A stretch of DNA of 64,000 nt from Candidatus Saccharimonadales bacterium (GCA_044228355.1 JBGAVA010000001.1:16229-80228), one strand, 5' to 3'. Shown: positions 35,740-45,693, counted from the stretch's first letter. Numbers and translations are program-made. The notes: a model not told the origin generated them from the letters alone.

Positions 35740-37893
35740 ATGACATCTCAAGGTATCTACAGGCATCGTTTTGATGGCCAAAAAAAACTGAACAGAACTG
35801 TGACTAGAGCGGCGGGAACGATTATGTTTGTCGGCGCCATGCTCGCGCTAGCCATTACTCGTGTTGGAGCAGGAGCGAGCGACTTTACGTTTGGCGCAGT
35901 TGGAGACAGCGGTGCGGCCGCTTCAGCCCAGAGCGTCTTTAAGGCGATTGGTAGTACGGCAAATACTGATCCAAGCTTTAGGTTTGTGCAGCATGTGGGC
36001 GACTATAGTTATGCTCAGCTTGCTTCACCCGGGCCTTCTGGTACGACTGCCGGTACGAATGCTTGGTGTCAGTTGCTCAAAGACCAGATTAACGTCGGAG
36101 CAGGCCTTTCAACCGGTAGCAGTCTGGGTGAAAACTTCCCCATAATGCTAGCCATAGGCAACCACGAGGCAACCCTTTCTCAGCCAAATCCTTCGGTATA
36201 TGGCAGCTCGGCGACTAGCCCATACCATAATGACATGATTGAAGACCTGAAAACATGTTTGCCGAATCAGTTTGCCAGCCAAACTACAGCCTCTCCATAT
36301 GTTGAAGGCGGCGCGTCGAATTCTAATTACGCCCGTGAATACTATTATGATTACCCTGCCGCTAGTCCCATTGCTCGTTTCATTGTAACGTCACCGGGTA
36401 GTGCCTATAACATGACACAGACGGATGGTAATGGACTCTATGACTATTCTGTAGGCTCAGATCACTATAATTGGCTTGCAGCATCCATTGACGCCGCCCG
36501 CAGCAGTGGTATCAAATGGGTAATTGTTACGAACCATACGAACTATATTTCAGCCGGCAGTACGGATGTGCACCATAATGCAGATATACCATCGGACTAC
36601 TTCAACTTGCTTCTGAGTAAACGGGTCGACCTTATCCTGCAAGGCCATAATCATATTTACCAACGCAGCAAACAACTAGCAAATAATGTAACCGGATGTA
36701 CGACCGTTTCTGCAAATACTTATGACGCAGATTGTGTCGCGAGCGATGGCGGCGCGACGAATGCTTTCACTAAAGGCCAAGGTTCAATTCTAGCTATCGT
36801 TGGCATGGGTGGCGATGATCTACACTCGATAAACACTAGCGATGGTGACTACAACTACTTTGACTCAAATATGGGACTTGGAACAAATGATACATTCGGC
36901 TTCCTTAAAGTGAACGTAACAGACACAAAAATAACAGCTGACTTTGTGCGCGGCACCGGGCAACCAACTGGTTTCAACGACACGTTTACCATAGAAGGTC
37001 CCGCTGACACCACAGCCCCAACCGTCACTCTTACCTCTCCAGCCGCTGGAGCTACTCTCACTGGTACTACAACCCTCACGGCTACTGCTGCCGACGATAC
37101 CGCCGTGACAAAGGTTGAGTTCTATGAAGGTACGACAAAACTGACCCAGGTAGCCACAAGCCCGTATACATATGCGTGGAACACGACTACAGCGGCAAAC
37201 GGTAGCTACACACTCAAGGCCATCGCCTATGACGCGGCTGGCAATTCTACCCCAAGCTCCACGGTGACTGTAACGGTCAATAATGTGGTGGCAGATCCAA
37301 AAACGACCGTTAACCTGGCTGAAACGACTTCTTCCGAGCCTGCCGCCATTAGCGAAGCTGTCATGACTGCAAAAGCGGGCACCTGTAATGATTTCTCGTC
37401 TGCAAAGACAGTGTCGGGAACGGGTATTACCGTACCAGAGTCAGGGGTATCGATATTGGGAGGGTTCGACTTCACGCTAGACTGCACAGTAGTAAGTGGT
37501 AGTGCAACGGTAGATATAACCCTTGGCGAGCTCTATGCCGATACGTCGAAACTGCGCATTTACAAAGAGAAAGACACGGTAATCACTGATGTCACTTCGC
37601 AAGTGAATGTACACAATACGGACCAAGCGACAGTGATCACGTATACTCTGCTGGACGGTGCTGCCTTTGACAGTGACTCTACGGCAAACAGCACTATCAA
37701 GGATCCGCTTTATGTTGGCGTGCTCGGTGCTAACGAAGAAACCGCAAGTGAAGACAGCGAGAACGGTACGAGCGAAGACCTAGAAGATACAGGGACAAAA
37801 GTAGCACTTTATGTTTCGGGGGCATTTCTGCTCTTCGCAACATCGACTATCGTCTTTTCTCGGACCCATCGCCGGTACAAGCTTTCCAGATAA
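35740..37893 (+). CDS. secreted calcineurin-like metallophosphoesterase with Ig-like domain and C-terminal sorting-signal-like anchor
   Basis: GDYSY, IGNHEA and LQGHNHIYQRS metallophosphoesterase motifs. Also present are a TAPTVTLTSPAAGATLTG Ig-like repeat and a C-terminal LEDTG plus TM helix plus RTHRRYKLSR. Confidence 0.7.
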   Translation: MTSQGIYRHRFDGQKKLNRTVTRAAGTIMFVGAMLALAITRVGAGASDFTFGAVGDSGAAASAQSVFKAIGSTANTDPSFRFVQHVGDYSYAQLASPGPSGTTAGTNAWCQLLKDQINVGAGLSTGSSLGENFPIMLAIGNHEATLSQPNPSVYGSSATSPYHNDMIEDLKTCLPNQFASQTTASPYVEGGASNSNYAREYYYDYPAASPIARFIVTSPGSAYNMTQTDGNGLYDYSVGSDHYNWLAASIDAARSSGIKWVIVTNHTNYISAGSTDVHHNADIPSDYFNLLLSKRVDLILQGHNHIYQRSKQLANNVTGCTTVSANTYDADCVASDGGATNAFTKGQGSILAIVGMGGDDLHSINTSDGDYNYFDSNMGLGTNDTFGFLKVNVTDTKITADFVRGTGQPTGFNDTFTIEGPADTTAPTVTLTSPAAGATLTGTTTLTATAADDTAVTKVEFYEGTTKLTQVATSPYTYAWNTTTAANGSYTLKAIAYDAAGNSTPSSTVTVTVNNVVADPKTTVNLAETTSSEPAAISEAVMTAKAGTCNDFSSAKTVSGTGITVPESGVSILGGFDFTLDCTVVSGSATVDITLGELYADTSKLRIYKEKDTVITDVTSQVNVHNTDQATVITYTLLDGAAFDSDSTANSTIKDPLYVGVLGANEETASEDSENGTSEDLEDTGTKVALYVSGAFLLFATSTIVFSRTHRRYKLSR

Positions 37894-38103
37894 CATGTAA
37901 GCCTGCGGCTATATCTAGGCACTGAAGAAGAACTGCAATTCATGAAGTTGCAGTTCTTCTTAAAAGTAGCCTGAGCTCGACAGAAACGTCGAGTTTTCCG
38001 AAGCAAAGGCAGTGTTGTCGTATGACGAGTTTCTGAGGGCGCCAACTGGTTATCGCATCGAGCCGAGGTTTAAATTCGGCGAAGAAATCCTTCTTTTTAA
38101 GCA

Positions 38104-38130
38104 TTGGCACTCTTGAGTTTTGAGTGCTAG
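38104..38130. promoter_or_regulatory. CIRCE operator (TTGGCACTC-N9-GAGTGCTAG) upstream of hrcA
   Basis: Close match to the CIRCE consensus TTAGCACTC-N9-GAGTGCTAA, 18 nt before the hrcA ATG. Confidence 0.85.
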
Positions 38131-38147
38131 TTTGATATGCTTATGTC

Positions 38148-38846
38148 ATGAGTCCTAGGCAAAAGCAAATTCTCACCGCTATCATCGAGCAGTACGCAGA
38201 GGTAGCCGTGCCCGTGGGCAGCAGCTTGCTGGCAAAAGTCTTTGGCGTTTCCAGCGCAACCATCCGTGCCGAGATGGCCGAGCTTGAAGCCATGGGTTTC
38301 ATACGGCAGCCACACACCAGCGCTGGGCGTATCCCGACAGACAAAGGCTACCGCTTTTATGTCAATAATCTCGCCGAAGCTCAACAGGCGCAGCCAGAGC
38401 GCCGCGCCGAACGCGCACTGACCGCTCGCCTAGGCAGCAGTGGCTTGCCGGAGCGTGCCATCCGCAACGCCGTCGACACTCTGGTAGAATTGACGCACAA
38501 TCTTGGACTTGCCACCATAGGCAACCAGCTGTACATTTCGGGCCTTTCCAACCTTTTTGGTCAGCCCGAATTTCACGGCGGAGCCCAGGTGCAACAGGTA
38601 GCGGCTTTACTTGATAATCTCGAACCGTGGTTGCGCGAAGCCGCGCCGAACCAGCCGCTCAGTGTCTACATAGGTGCCGAAAACCCCATCGGCCGTACGG
38701 CAGACGTTAGCCTTATCATCAGCCGATTCCGCAGCCCGTTTAGCGACCACAGTTACATCGGTACGCTCGGCCCAACTCGTCAAAGCTACCGCGACGTCAT
38801 GTCTCTCGTCGCTCACGCCGGCAAAACCTTGGAGGAAGTTCTGTAA
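38148..38846 (+). CDS. hrcA: heat-inducible transcription repressor HrcA (short form, 232 aa)
   Basis: N-terminal winged helix RQKQILTAIIEQYAEVAVPVGSSLLAKVFGVSSATIRAEMAELEAMGFIRQPHTSAGRIPTDKGYRFYV. Confidence 0.85.
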   Translation: MSPRQKQILTAIIEQYAEVAVPVGSSLLAKVFGVSSATIRAEMAELEAMGFIRQPHTSAGRIPTDKGYRFYVNNLAEAQQAQPERRAERALTARLGSSGLPERAIRNAVDTLVELTHNLGLATIGNQLYISGLSNLFGQPEFHGGAQVQQVAALLDNLEPWLREAAPNQPLSVYIGAENPIGRTADVSLIISRFRSPFSDHSYIGTLGPTRQSYRDVMSLVAHAGKTLEEVL

Positions 38847-39131
38847 ATGCCAACCTCTTCAGTTATTGAAACCAAAGAGCAACGACGAGCTTTAGATACT
38901 CAACAAGCAGCACAAAAGCCAACAGCGGAGATTTGGATCGAAGCGATAGTCGCGGGATTGGTGATGGCAGCTCTAGTGTACGTAGGTATGAAGTATGGCT
39001 TCAAGGTGCAGGACGATATGACAAAAGCTGGAGCTTGGATTGCGGCCACAGGAGCGTTCACTCAAACTTTACTCACGAATATTGTCATGCGCAGATCGGC
39101 ACGAAAGAAATCAAACGAGGGGAAGCTATAA
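38847..39131 (+). CDS. small two-TM membrane protein (94 aa) inside the hrcA-grpE operon
   Basis: Its ATG directly follows the hrcA stop, and its stop overlaps the grpE ATG (TAATG). Confidence 0.5.
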   Translation: MPTSSVIETKEQRRALDTQQAAQKPTAEIWIEAIVAGLVMAALVYVGMKYGFKVQDDMTKAGAWIAATGAFTQTLLTNIVMRRSARKKSNEGKL

Positions 39132-39667
39132 TGTCGAATCACCCAGCTAAAAAATCATCAACCAATGATAAATCGATAGATTACAAACAAGTCGCAGAGC
39201 AGCTGGCGGCTGAAAACGCGCAGCTTACCGAGGCACTGCAGCGCGAGCGGGCAGACGCGGTAAACTTGCGCCGTCGGCACGACGAGCAAATCGCTTCACT
39301 TCGTTCTACCGTGAAAGCTAGTGTGGTAAAAGACCTGCTGCCTATCATCGATAACTTCGAGCGCGCACTCAAGCACCTGCCCGAGACAAAGACTCACGAG
39401 TCAAGGGTCATGAGTCAAGACGAAAAACAGCTACTCGACTGGGTTGAAGGTGCCAAGAAGATTATCGTCCAGTTCGAGAAAACCCTCTCCGGCATAGGCG
39501 TGGAGCGCATAAAAACCGTCGGCGAACCGTTTGACCCGCACCTGCACGAAGCGGTTAGTATGGAAGAGGCCGGTGGTGACCAGGAAATTGTGAGCGAAGA
39601 ATTGCAATCAGGCTACAAACTAGGCGACGACGTCATCCGCCACGCCATGGTCCGCGTAAAAGGCTGA
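39131..39667 (+). CDS. grpE: nucleotide exchange factor GrpE
   Basis: LLPIIDNFERAL, VGEPFDPHLHEAV and VIRHAMVRV motifs. The start is set at MSNHPAKK. Confidence 0.85.
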   Translation: MSNHPAKKSSTNDKSIDYKQVAEQLAAENAQLTEALQRERADAVNLRRRHDEQIASLRSTVKASVVKDLLPIIDNFERALKHLPETKTHESRVMSQDEKQLLDWVEGAKKIIVQFEKTLSGIGVERIKTVGEPFDPHLHEAVSMEEAGGDQEIVSEELQSGYKLGDDVIRHAMVRVKG

Positions 39668-39668
39668 T

Positions 39669-39935
39669 ATGCAACAGACAGGAGAAATTCTAATCGGTAG
39701 GCCTTTTGGGCCGGAACCGCCTATTTCGCCTCAGATTGCCGCTGGGGCAGCAGTCTTAAATGCCTTTGTATTCGATGGATACCTGCCCACTACAGATCAT
39801 GAAATCTCTAATGCGATCTTCTTAGCGAATTCATTTTTAAGGGACAGGGGTTTACCAGAATCAGTAACTCCAGTCGATATATTTCTAGCAAAAGGTACAG
39901 TTGCATCAGAACTGAGCCTTGCCAATCGAGAATGA
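39669..39935 (+). CDS. hypothetical protein (88 aa) between grpE and dnaK
   Basis: Its ATG lies 1 nt after the grpE stop. No recognisable motif. Confidence 0.4.
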   Translation: MQQTGEILIGRPFGPEPPISPQIAAGAAVLNAFVFDGYLPTTDHEISNAIFLANSFLRDRGLPESVTPVDIFLAKGTVASELSLANRE

Positions 39936-39952
39936 CACAAGCTGTGAATGTG

Positions 39953-39979
39953 TTAGCACTCTTGACATGTGAGTGCCAA
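39953..39979. promoter_or_regulatory. CIRCE operator 1 upstream of dnaK, overlapping the TTGACA -35 box
   Basis: TTAGCACTC-TTGACATGT-GAGTGCCAA. TTGACA at 39962-39967 and TACAAT at 39986-39991. Confidence 0.85.
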
Positions 39980-40000
39980 TTTGGTTACAATGGACGCATA

Positions 40001-40027
40001 CTAGCACTCTAGGTATGTAACTGCTAA
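40001..40027. promoter_or_regulatory. second, degenerate CIRCE-like operator upstream of dnaK
   Basis: CTAGCACTC-TAGGTATGT-AACTGCTAA. The left half-site is good and the right half-site has diverged. Confidence 0.5.
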
Positions 40028-40045
40028 CAAGAAAGGGTATCTCAT

Positions 40046-41959
40046 ATGTCAAAAATCATCGGTATCGACCTCGGTACGACCAATAGCGCCATGGCTGTCA
40101 TGCAGTCGGGCAAGGCCGAGATTATCACGAACAGCGAAGGCAACCGCACTACGCCATCTGTGGCCGCGGTCAACAAAAAAGGTGAACGTCTGGTGGGGCA
40201 AATCGCTCGTCGCCAGCAGGTTACCAACCCCAAAGACACCATCTACGAAGTAAAGCGTCTCATAGGCCGCAATTTTAACGACAAAGAAGTCCAGCGTGAC
40301 CTGAAACTCATGGGCTACAAGATCGTAAAGAGCGGCAACAGCACCAAAGTGGAGATGGCAGGCAAAGAGTACAGCCCAGAGGAGATCAGCGCCATGATCC
40401 TTGGTAAGCTCAAGGCCGACGCCGAGGCGTTCCTGGGTGAGCCAGTCACCGAAGCTGTCATAACCGTGCCAGCCTACTTCGATGACAGTCAACGCCATGC
40501 CACCAAAGACGCCGGTAAAATTGCTGGGCTCGAAGTCAAACGCATCATCAACGAACCGACGGCAGCGGCTCTGGCGTACGGCCTCGATAAGAAAAAGACC
40601 GATGAAAAGATCGTCGTCTACGACCTCGGTGGCGGCACCTTCGACGTTTCCGTGCTTGAGCTCGGTGACGGCGTGTTTGAGGTGAAATCTACGAACGGCG
40701 ATACTCACCTGGGAGGCGCCGACTTTGACCGCGTCATCATAAACTACTTTGCCGACGAGTTCAAAAAAGAACACGGCATAGATATCCGCGAGGACAACGC
40801 CGCCATGCAACGTCTGCGCGACGAAGCCGAAAAGGCCAAGATCGAGCTATCTTCGTCTCAGGAAGTCGATATTAACCTGCCATTCTTGACCGCCGACGCC
40901 GATGGTCCGAAGCACTTCGAACACAAGCTTACTCGCGCCAAGCTGGAAGAACTGGTCGGCGACCTCATAAGCAAGACGGCCGAACCGTGCCAAAAGGCAC
41001 TGAAAGACGCCGGTCTCAAGAGCAGCGATATCGACAATGTTGTCCTGGTGGGCGGCATGACTCGCATGCCAGCCGTGCAGGAAAAAGTGAAAAACATCTT
41101 CGGCAAAGAACCGATGAAGGGCGTCAACCCAGACGAAGTCGTTGCCGTGGGTGCGGCCATCCAGGGCGGCGTGCTGCAGGGTGATGTCAAAGACGTGCTC
41201 CTGCTCGATGTGACGCCGCTTTCTCTGGGTATCGAAACCATGGGTGGTGTCATGACGCGGCTCATAGAACGCAACACCACCATCCCAACCAGCAAATCCG
41301 AGGTGTTCTCAACAGCGGCAGATAACCAACCTCAAGTGGAAGTCCACGTACTGCAGGGTGAGCGTGAAATGGCTGAGGGCAATAAATCTCTCGGTCGCTT
41401 CATCCTCGACGGCATCCCGCCAGCCCCGCGCGGCATACCGCAGATAGAAGTTACCTTTAATATCGACGCCAATGGCATCCTAAATGTCACCGCCAAAGAC
41501 AAAGGCAGCGGCAAAGAGCAGAATATCACCATCCAAGGCTCTGGCAGCCTCGACAAAGACGAAGTCGAGAAAATGGCCAAAGAAGCCGAAGCTCACGCCG
41601 AAGAAGACAAGCAGAAAAAGGAAGCCGTCGAAGCACGCAACCACCTAGACACCGCCGTCTACCAGGCCGAAAAGCTGAAGGGTGAAGAAAAGGTCGGGGA
41701 AGACGACAAAAAGGCCATAGATGAAGCCGTCGAAAAGGCCAAAAAAGTCGTCGCCGACGAAAAAGCCGACAAAGACGTGCTCGAAGCCGCAGCCAAAGAG
41801 CTCAACGACGTCCTCATGCCCATCGGCGCCAAGATGTACGAGCAGGCTGCGCCTGCAGACGAACAAGTAGCAGATGACAATGAGCAGACAGACTCCAAAA
41901 AAAAGAAAAGTGACGACAAAGACGCGCCAATCGAAGGCGAAGTCATAGACGAAAAATAA
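40046..41959 (+). CDS. dnaK: chaperone DnaK (Hsp70)
   Basis: [28 protein letters not shown], and an acidic C-terminal tail. Confidence 0.97.
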   Translation: MSKIIGIDLGTTNSAMAVMQSGKAEIITNSEGNRTTPSVAAVNKKGERLVGQIARRQQVTNPKDTIYEVKRLIGRNFNDKEVQRDLKLMGYKIVKSGNSTKVEMAGKEYSPEEISAMILGKLKADAEAFLGEPVTEAVITVPAYFDDSQRHATKDAGKIAGLEVKRIINEPTAAALAYGLDKKKTDEKIVVYDLGGGTFDVSVLELGDGVFEVKSTNGDTHLGGADFDRVIINYFADEFKKEHGIDIREDNAAMQRLRDEAEKAKIELSSSQEVDINLPFLTADADGPKHFEHKLTRAKLEELVGDLISKTAEPCQKALKDAGLKSSDIDNVVLVGGMTRMPAVQEKVKNIFGKEPMKGVNPDEVVAVGAAIQGGVLQGDVKDVLLLDVTPLSLGIETMGGVMTRLIERNTTIPTSKSEVFSTAADNQPQVEVHVLQGEREMAEGNKSLGRFILDGIPPAPRGIPQIEVTFNIDANGILNVTAKDKGSGKEQNITIQGSGSLDKDEVEKMAKEAEAHAEEDKQKKEAVEARNHLDTAVYQAEKLKGEEKVGEDDKKAIDEAVEKAKKVVADEKADKDVLEAAAKELNDVLMPIGAKMYEQAAPADEQVADDNEQTDSKKKKSDDKDAPIEGEVIDEK

Positions 41960-42003
41960 TAAGCCGGGTCGCAAATGCCTCTCAGTAATGAAATGGAGTA
42001 AAA

Positions 42004-42354
42004 ATGGAAGTAAAAGATTTTGTTGCACAAATATTAGTTGACCTCGACGCAGCAATTGAAGAAGCGAGAAAAAATACATCAAGAGAAATACACTTCTCAG
42101 TAAATAAAAATAATCGCACGGTCGAGTTTGACATTGCTGTTAGTACTGAACAAGGTTCGTCAAAAAGTGGAAAAGCAGGTATTAAGGTTCTTGGTCTTGC
42201 GGATGGTGACGCGAGTCTGTCGTCTGAATCAAAAAACTCGGTGGTAAGCAGGATTCAGTTTGGAGTTTACATAGCAGAACAAACCAAAAATGAGGAGCGC
42301 GAACAGACTGCGGCGTTCGAAGCGCGCAATAACCAGGTCCCGTCTTTTATATAA
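42004..42354 (+). CDS. small protein resembling the trypco2 (trypsin-co-occurring / effector-associated) domain
   Basis: The pattern FVAQILVDLDAAIEEARKN..IHFSV..VEFDIAV....GKAGIKVLGL..G.......S.IQFGV matches the recalled trypco2 layout of helix, beta-hairpin, G-K-x-G and a beta strand. SD GGAG lies 5 nt upstream. Confidence 0.4.
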   Translation: MEVKDFVAQILVDLDAAIEEARKNTSREIHFSVNKNNRTVEFDIAVSTEQGSSKSGKAGIKVLGLADGDASLSSESKNSVVSRIQFGVYIAEQTKNEEREQTAAFEARNNQVPSFI

Positions 42355-42382
42355 CAGAGGCCAAGATCTATTCAGAGTGATT

Positions 42383-42440
42383 CAGAGGACAGTTCTCTGA
42401 AAGTTGTGGTTTCAATTGGCTTGTAAGAAATAAAATGGAG
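42383..42440 (+). repeat. degenerate copy of the hairpin plus TTTCA-box element
   Basis: CAGAGGACAGTTCTCTGAAAGTTGTGGTTTCAATTGG...GAAATAAAATGGAG aligns with 45694-45750. Confidence 0.5.
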
Positions 42441-42480
42441 TAGTGCAAACTATGCTTAGCCAAGGAACCTTGAGTAAATA

Positions 42481-42990
42481 TTATTCGTTGAGTGTGTCGC
42501 CAAGTTGTATTGAGTAAGATAGGGCGGCCCCGAACATAGCTACATGTCTTGGCTGGGGACTATCTAAGTGTGCTTCAACTACGTGCATAACTGCTTCATG
42601 CGCTGAGGGTTCAACTCTACGAAAACTATCTAGAACGTCTAGTAGTACATCTGTCTTACTTTTTGTGGTGTCAACTAACAAACCAGCAATATTGTGCCGC
42701 TGTACAATAACTGCGTGCGGTATCTGAGGGGGTATTAAACCTACGATTACTTCATGCACACTTACGCCCAAAGATGCCCATTCAGCGTCAATCGGGCGTA
42801 GAGCTCTTCCTACGAGTTGTGTAATGAGTACATGATTTATACCCCACCGTGGGTTGGATCTTTCCGCGATATCATGCATGGCAGTAAGTACAGCCGCGTC
42901 CCGTACAGCATCAACAATTCCGGAATGTGTCTCCAGGCTCATAAGACTGGAATTATAGAATTCCCTAGGGCTGCCTGCAAGCACTATCAT
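42481..42990 (-). CDS. hypothetical protein (169 aa), possible HD-superfamily fold
   Basis: The all-alpha-looking sequence has H(S)-x18-HD spacing (ETHSGIVD...LTAMHDIAE) and later His/Asp residues. This is a weak motif-only call. Confidence 0.35.
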   Translation of the reverse strand: MIVLAGSPREFYNSSLMSLETHSGIVDAVRDAAVLTAMHDIAERSNPRWGINHVLITQLVGRALRPIDAEWASLGVSVHEVIVGLIPPQIPHAVIVQRHNIAGLLVDTTKSKTDVLLDVLDSFRRVEPSAHEAVMHVVEAHLDSPQPRHVAMFGAALSYSIQLGDTLNE

Positions 42991-43068
42991 TATTGTTTCG
43001 TGTCGGGGGCACCATTGAACTATCCTATGAGGGTCATAATTTGATCCGGAAAAAGGACATCACAGCCA

Positions 43069-44202
43069 TTACACTTTTAATAGTTGGGATGCAAGTGCCT
43101 GTGTGATGGCTACGATTTTCGAATTGTCTAGAGCGGGTTCTTTGTACAGGTCAGCTGTTACGGCCAAGAAGCGCTGTGGGATGGAGTTGGCTGCCTGATC
43201 GAATTGGTCAAGTACGCTGTCTTTGCCTAGAACAAGCGTGCGGTATTCATCCTCTTCTAGCTCTGAGGCTTTGCCTGTTCTAAATTTGTTCAAGAGTTCT
43301 ATTTCACGGTTCAACCGTTTTACGCTAGAGTTACCACTATCAAGAAATGTTCCCAAAAAGCCGCGTAGTCCAGCATAGGGAGCAAAGTGCTCCTTGCCTA
43401 TCAACTTGTTGTACCATGAATAATCTCTTAGCCCGTGTATGTGTCCGGCGGCGTATGCAAGACTTGAATCCAGTTTACCGACATCTTTTTCCGGGCCGAA
43501 TTGTCGGACTAGCTCGTTAAACTCAGGTGTTCGTAGCAGTAGATTACCGTAAAGGTGCAGGATATTATCATGTACGGCACTCCATGCGGTTGTCTCGAGC
43601 GATACTCCTTCTTGTGGGGTGGGCGCAACAAGTACAGTTCCGTTCGACATGCCTTCAGTGAGCATACTACCTGGATATGACATACCGCCATCATTGGCTT
43701 CGTAATCCCTAAGACTTACAGAGTCCCCAAGACCCGGTACTATATCATTTAGATCACCTAATGCGCTTGCGCCAAGCGTACACCAAATATTCAAAAACTC
43801 GCTGTTGCCTTTAACTCCTCTTTCGCTGCGAATACCAAGCCTCTTGGCAACAATTGCTGCCGGGTTATTACTCTGTTCGGCTGGCTGACCCGGCTCAAGT
43901 GGCGCAATCAGGATGGATTGCTCAAGGTTCCATCGAATGACTCCGAACTGGCCACCACCCAACACTGGAGTTTTTTGATCGTCTAGCCCGAGGTCTTTGG
44001 CTCGAGCTTGGTATGCGCTAACGTCAGACGGGGTGACGTTAAACCTTAATAGGGTATTTCCAAGCCTGGCCGCTGGGTTATGATAAATATCCAAAACAAC
44101 TTCACTTATATGTGATTCGGATAAGGAAGGGTCTGAGTCCGGGTTTGCTAGCGTAGATCCGACTAGCTCAAAGCCAGGAGAAAAAGAATTTTGCTGGAGC
44201 AT
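43069..44202 (-). CDS. hypothetical protein (377 aa), unknown function
   Basis: The start is set at MLQQNSF. A TTGCGT-17-TACAAT promoter ends 9 nt upstream, so the mRNA is apparently leaderless. The AT-rich 86-codon extension in the ORF track is rejected. Confidence 0.5.
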   Translation of the reverse strand: MLQQNSFSPGFELVGSTLANPDSDPSLSESHISEVVLDIYHNPAARLGNTLLRFNVTPSDVSAYQARAKDLGLDDQKTPVLGGGQFGVIRWNLEQSILIAPLEPGQPAEQSNNPAAIVAKRLGIRSERGVKGNSEFLNIWCTLGASALGDLNDIVPGLGDSVSLRDYEANDGGMSYPGSMLTEGMSNGTVLVAPTPQEGVSLETTAWSAVHDNILHLYGNLLLRTPEFNELVRQFGPEKDVGKLDSSLAYAAGHIHGLRDYSWYNKLIGKEHFAPYAGLRGFLGTFLDSGNSSVKRLNREIELLNKFRTGKASELEEDEYRTLVLGKDSVLDQFDQAANSIPQRFLAVTADLYKEPALDNSKIVAITQALASQLLKV

Positions 44203-44268
44203 AATTATCGTATTGTATACTAACATGGCCAAAAACGCAAGATAATCAATTAGACATCTATTAACCTC

Positions 44269-44328
44269 CCATACATCCTGCACACTTTCACTAACATAGA
44301 AAGGAGTGAAAGTGTGCAGGATGTATGG
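44269..44328. repeat. perfect 24-bp-arm palindrome (CCATACATCCTGCACACTTTCACT-N12-AGTGAAAGTGTGCAGGATGTATGG)
   Basis: Read directly from the sequence, in the divergent promoter region between the 377-aa gene and fic. Confidence 0.9.
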
Positions 44329-44367
44329 TAGGTAAATGTCGATAGTTGTTTTCTGCTTGACAGCGGA

Positions 44368-44436
44368 GTTTACATTGCTGTTGCAGATGTAAACTAAATG
44401 TGCTATATTGTTTACATTAAGCAATAGGATGTAAAC
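44368..44436 (+). promoter_or_regulatory. fic promoter (TTGCAG-17-TATATT) flanked by two identical operators GTTTACAT-N11-ATGTAAACTAAAT
   Basis: IR1 (44368-44394) overlaps the -35 box and IR2 (44410-44436) ends 5 nt before the ATG. Their centres are 42 bp apart. Confidence 0.6.
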
Positions 44437-44441
44437 TAAAT

Positions 44442-45605
44442 ATGGGCATAATTGGTACATATCGTCAACAACCGCAAGATTTCAAAGCGTTTATACCGAA
44501 CGATTTTCCGCCTGCAGTCGAACTGCATTTTTCGCGCTCCATACACGCAAAGCATACCGAAGCCATCCGTTTGCTCGGAAAACTGGACGGTATTACGCAG
44601 CTGCTTCCTGATAAGGATTATTTCCTCGAAATGTTTGTACGAAAAGACGCATCGTCCTCCAGCCAGATAGAGGGCACAAAAGCAACGATGATGGATGCTA
44701 TTGAAGCTGCAAATATCGAGAGAAGTTCCGATCTGCCGACAGATGTTGACGATATCCTCCACTATATAGATGCGTTGAATTACGGTATAAAGCGAGCAGA
44801 AGAGTTTCCTTTTACGCTGCGTTTTATCCGCGAACTGCACGAAAAGCTCATGCTTGGTGCTCGCACAACGCACAATGCATACCCTGGTGAATTTCGGTCG
44901 TCACAAAACTGGATCGGCGGAACTCGTCCAGGAAATGCACGGTTCGTCCCGCCTCCGGTTCATGAAATGAACGCGGCACTGGGTCAGTTCGAAAACTTCA
45001 TACATGCCGAAGATGACTTCCCTCCTTTAGTAAAGGCGGCTTTTTTGCATGCACAATTTGAAACAATCCATCCCTTCGCCGATGGCAATGGCAGAACGGG
45101 CAGAATGATAGTCACCATGTTTCTTTGGCATGAGCATTTGCTAGAGCTGCCGGTGCTGTATCTGTCTACATATTTTAAGAAACACCAGAATGTGTACTAT
45201 GAAAGGCTCGATGGATACCATTCGGAAAGCAATAGCATCGAAGAGTGGGTTGATTTTTTCTTGGATGGAATCATCGAAGTCGCTCAGTCAGCAATCGAAA
45301 CATGTAAAGCCATAACCGAGCTGAGAGAACGTGACATGAGGAAAGTGCAGGCTCTCGGGAAGGCTGCCGCACCCATGACGCTAGCGGTCGTGCGAAATCT
45401 ATACAGGCTACCGACGGTTGGCATCGCTGATGTAGTGGACTGGACAGGATACAGCCGACCGGGTGCGTACAAAATCATAGACCGGTTGGTAAATATGGGC
45501 ATACTGCATCCCACCAAGGAAGCCGACACGTATGGCCAGAAGTATATGTACAAGGACTACGTTGCGCTATTTGGTGACGCCGAGCAAACCGGCAGCGCTG
45601 CTTAA
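44442..45605 (+). CDS. fic: Fic-family protein (AMPylase-type) with N-terminal DUF4172-like region, intramolecular inhibitory motif and C-terminal winged-helix
   Basis: Catalytic HPFADGNGRTGR and inhibitory (S/T)xxxE(G/N) = SSQIEG. The N-terminal GTYRQQPQDFKAFIPNDFPP is typical of this subfamily. Confidence 0.85.
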   Translation: MGIIGTYRQQPQDFKAFIPNDFPPAVELHFSRSIHAKHTEAIRLLGKLDGITQLLPDKDYFLEMFVRKDASSSSQIEGTKATMMDAIEAANIERSSDLPTDVDDILHYIDALNYGIKRAEEFPFTLRFIRELHEKLMLGARTTHNAYPGEFRSSQNWIGGTRPGNARFVPPPVHEMNAALGQFENFIHAEDDFPPLVKAAFLHAQFETIHPFADGNGRTGRMIVTMFLWHEHLLELPVLYLSTYFKKHQNVYYERLDGYHSESNSIEEWVDFFLDGIIEVAQSAIETCKAITELRERDMRKVQALGKAAAPMTLAVVRNLYRLPTVGIADVVDWTGYSRPGAYKIIDRLVNMGILHPTKEADTYGQKYMYKDYVALFGDAEQTGSAA

Positions 45606-45693
45606 GAGAACGGTCTCCGTCCCACCTATACACCCTCGTCCCCCTGCCCTCGATTCAGGATCCATGATTCAGAGGATTCAGGATTCAGAGATC

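Noticed and set aside
43069-44460. 86-codon N-terminal extension of the 463-aa ORF, overlapping the fic start
   Set aside because: The extension is AT-rich and low-complexity, and it runs across the 24-bp-arm palindrome and the fic operators. A TTGCGT-17-TACAAT promoter lies inside it, just upstream of Met87.
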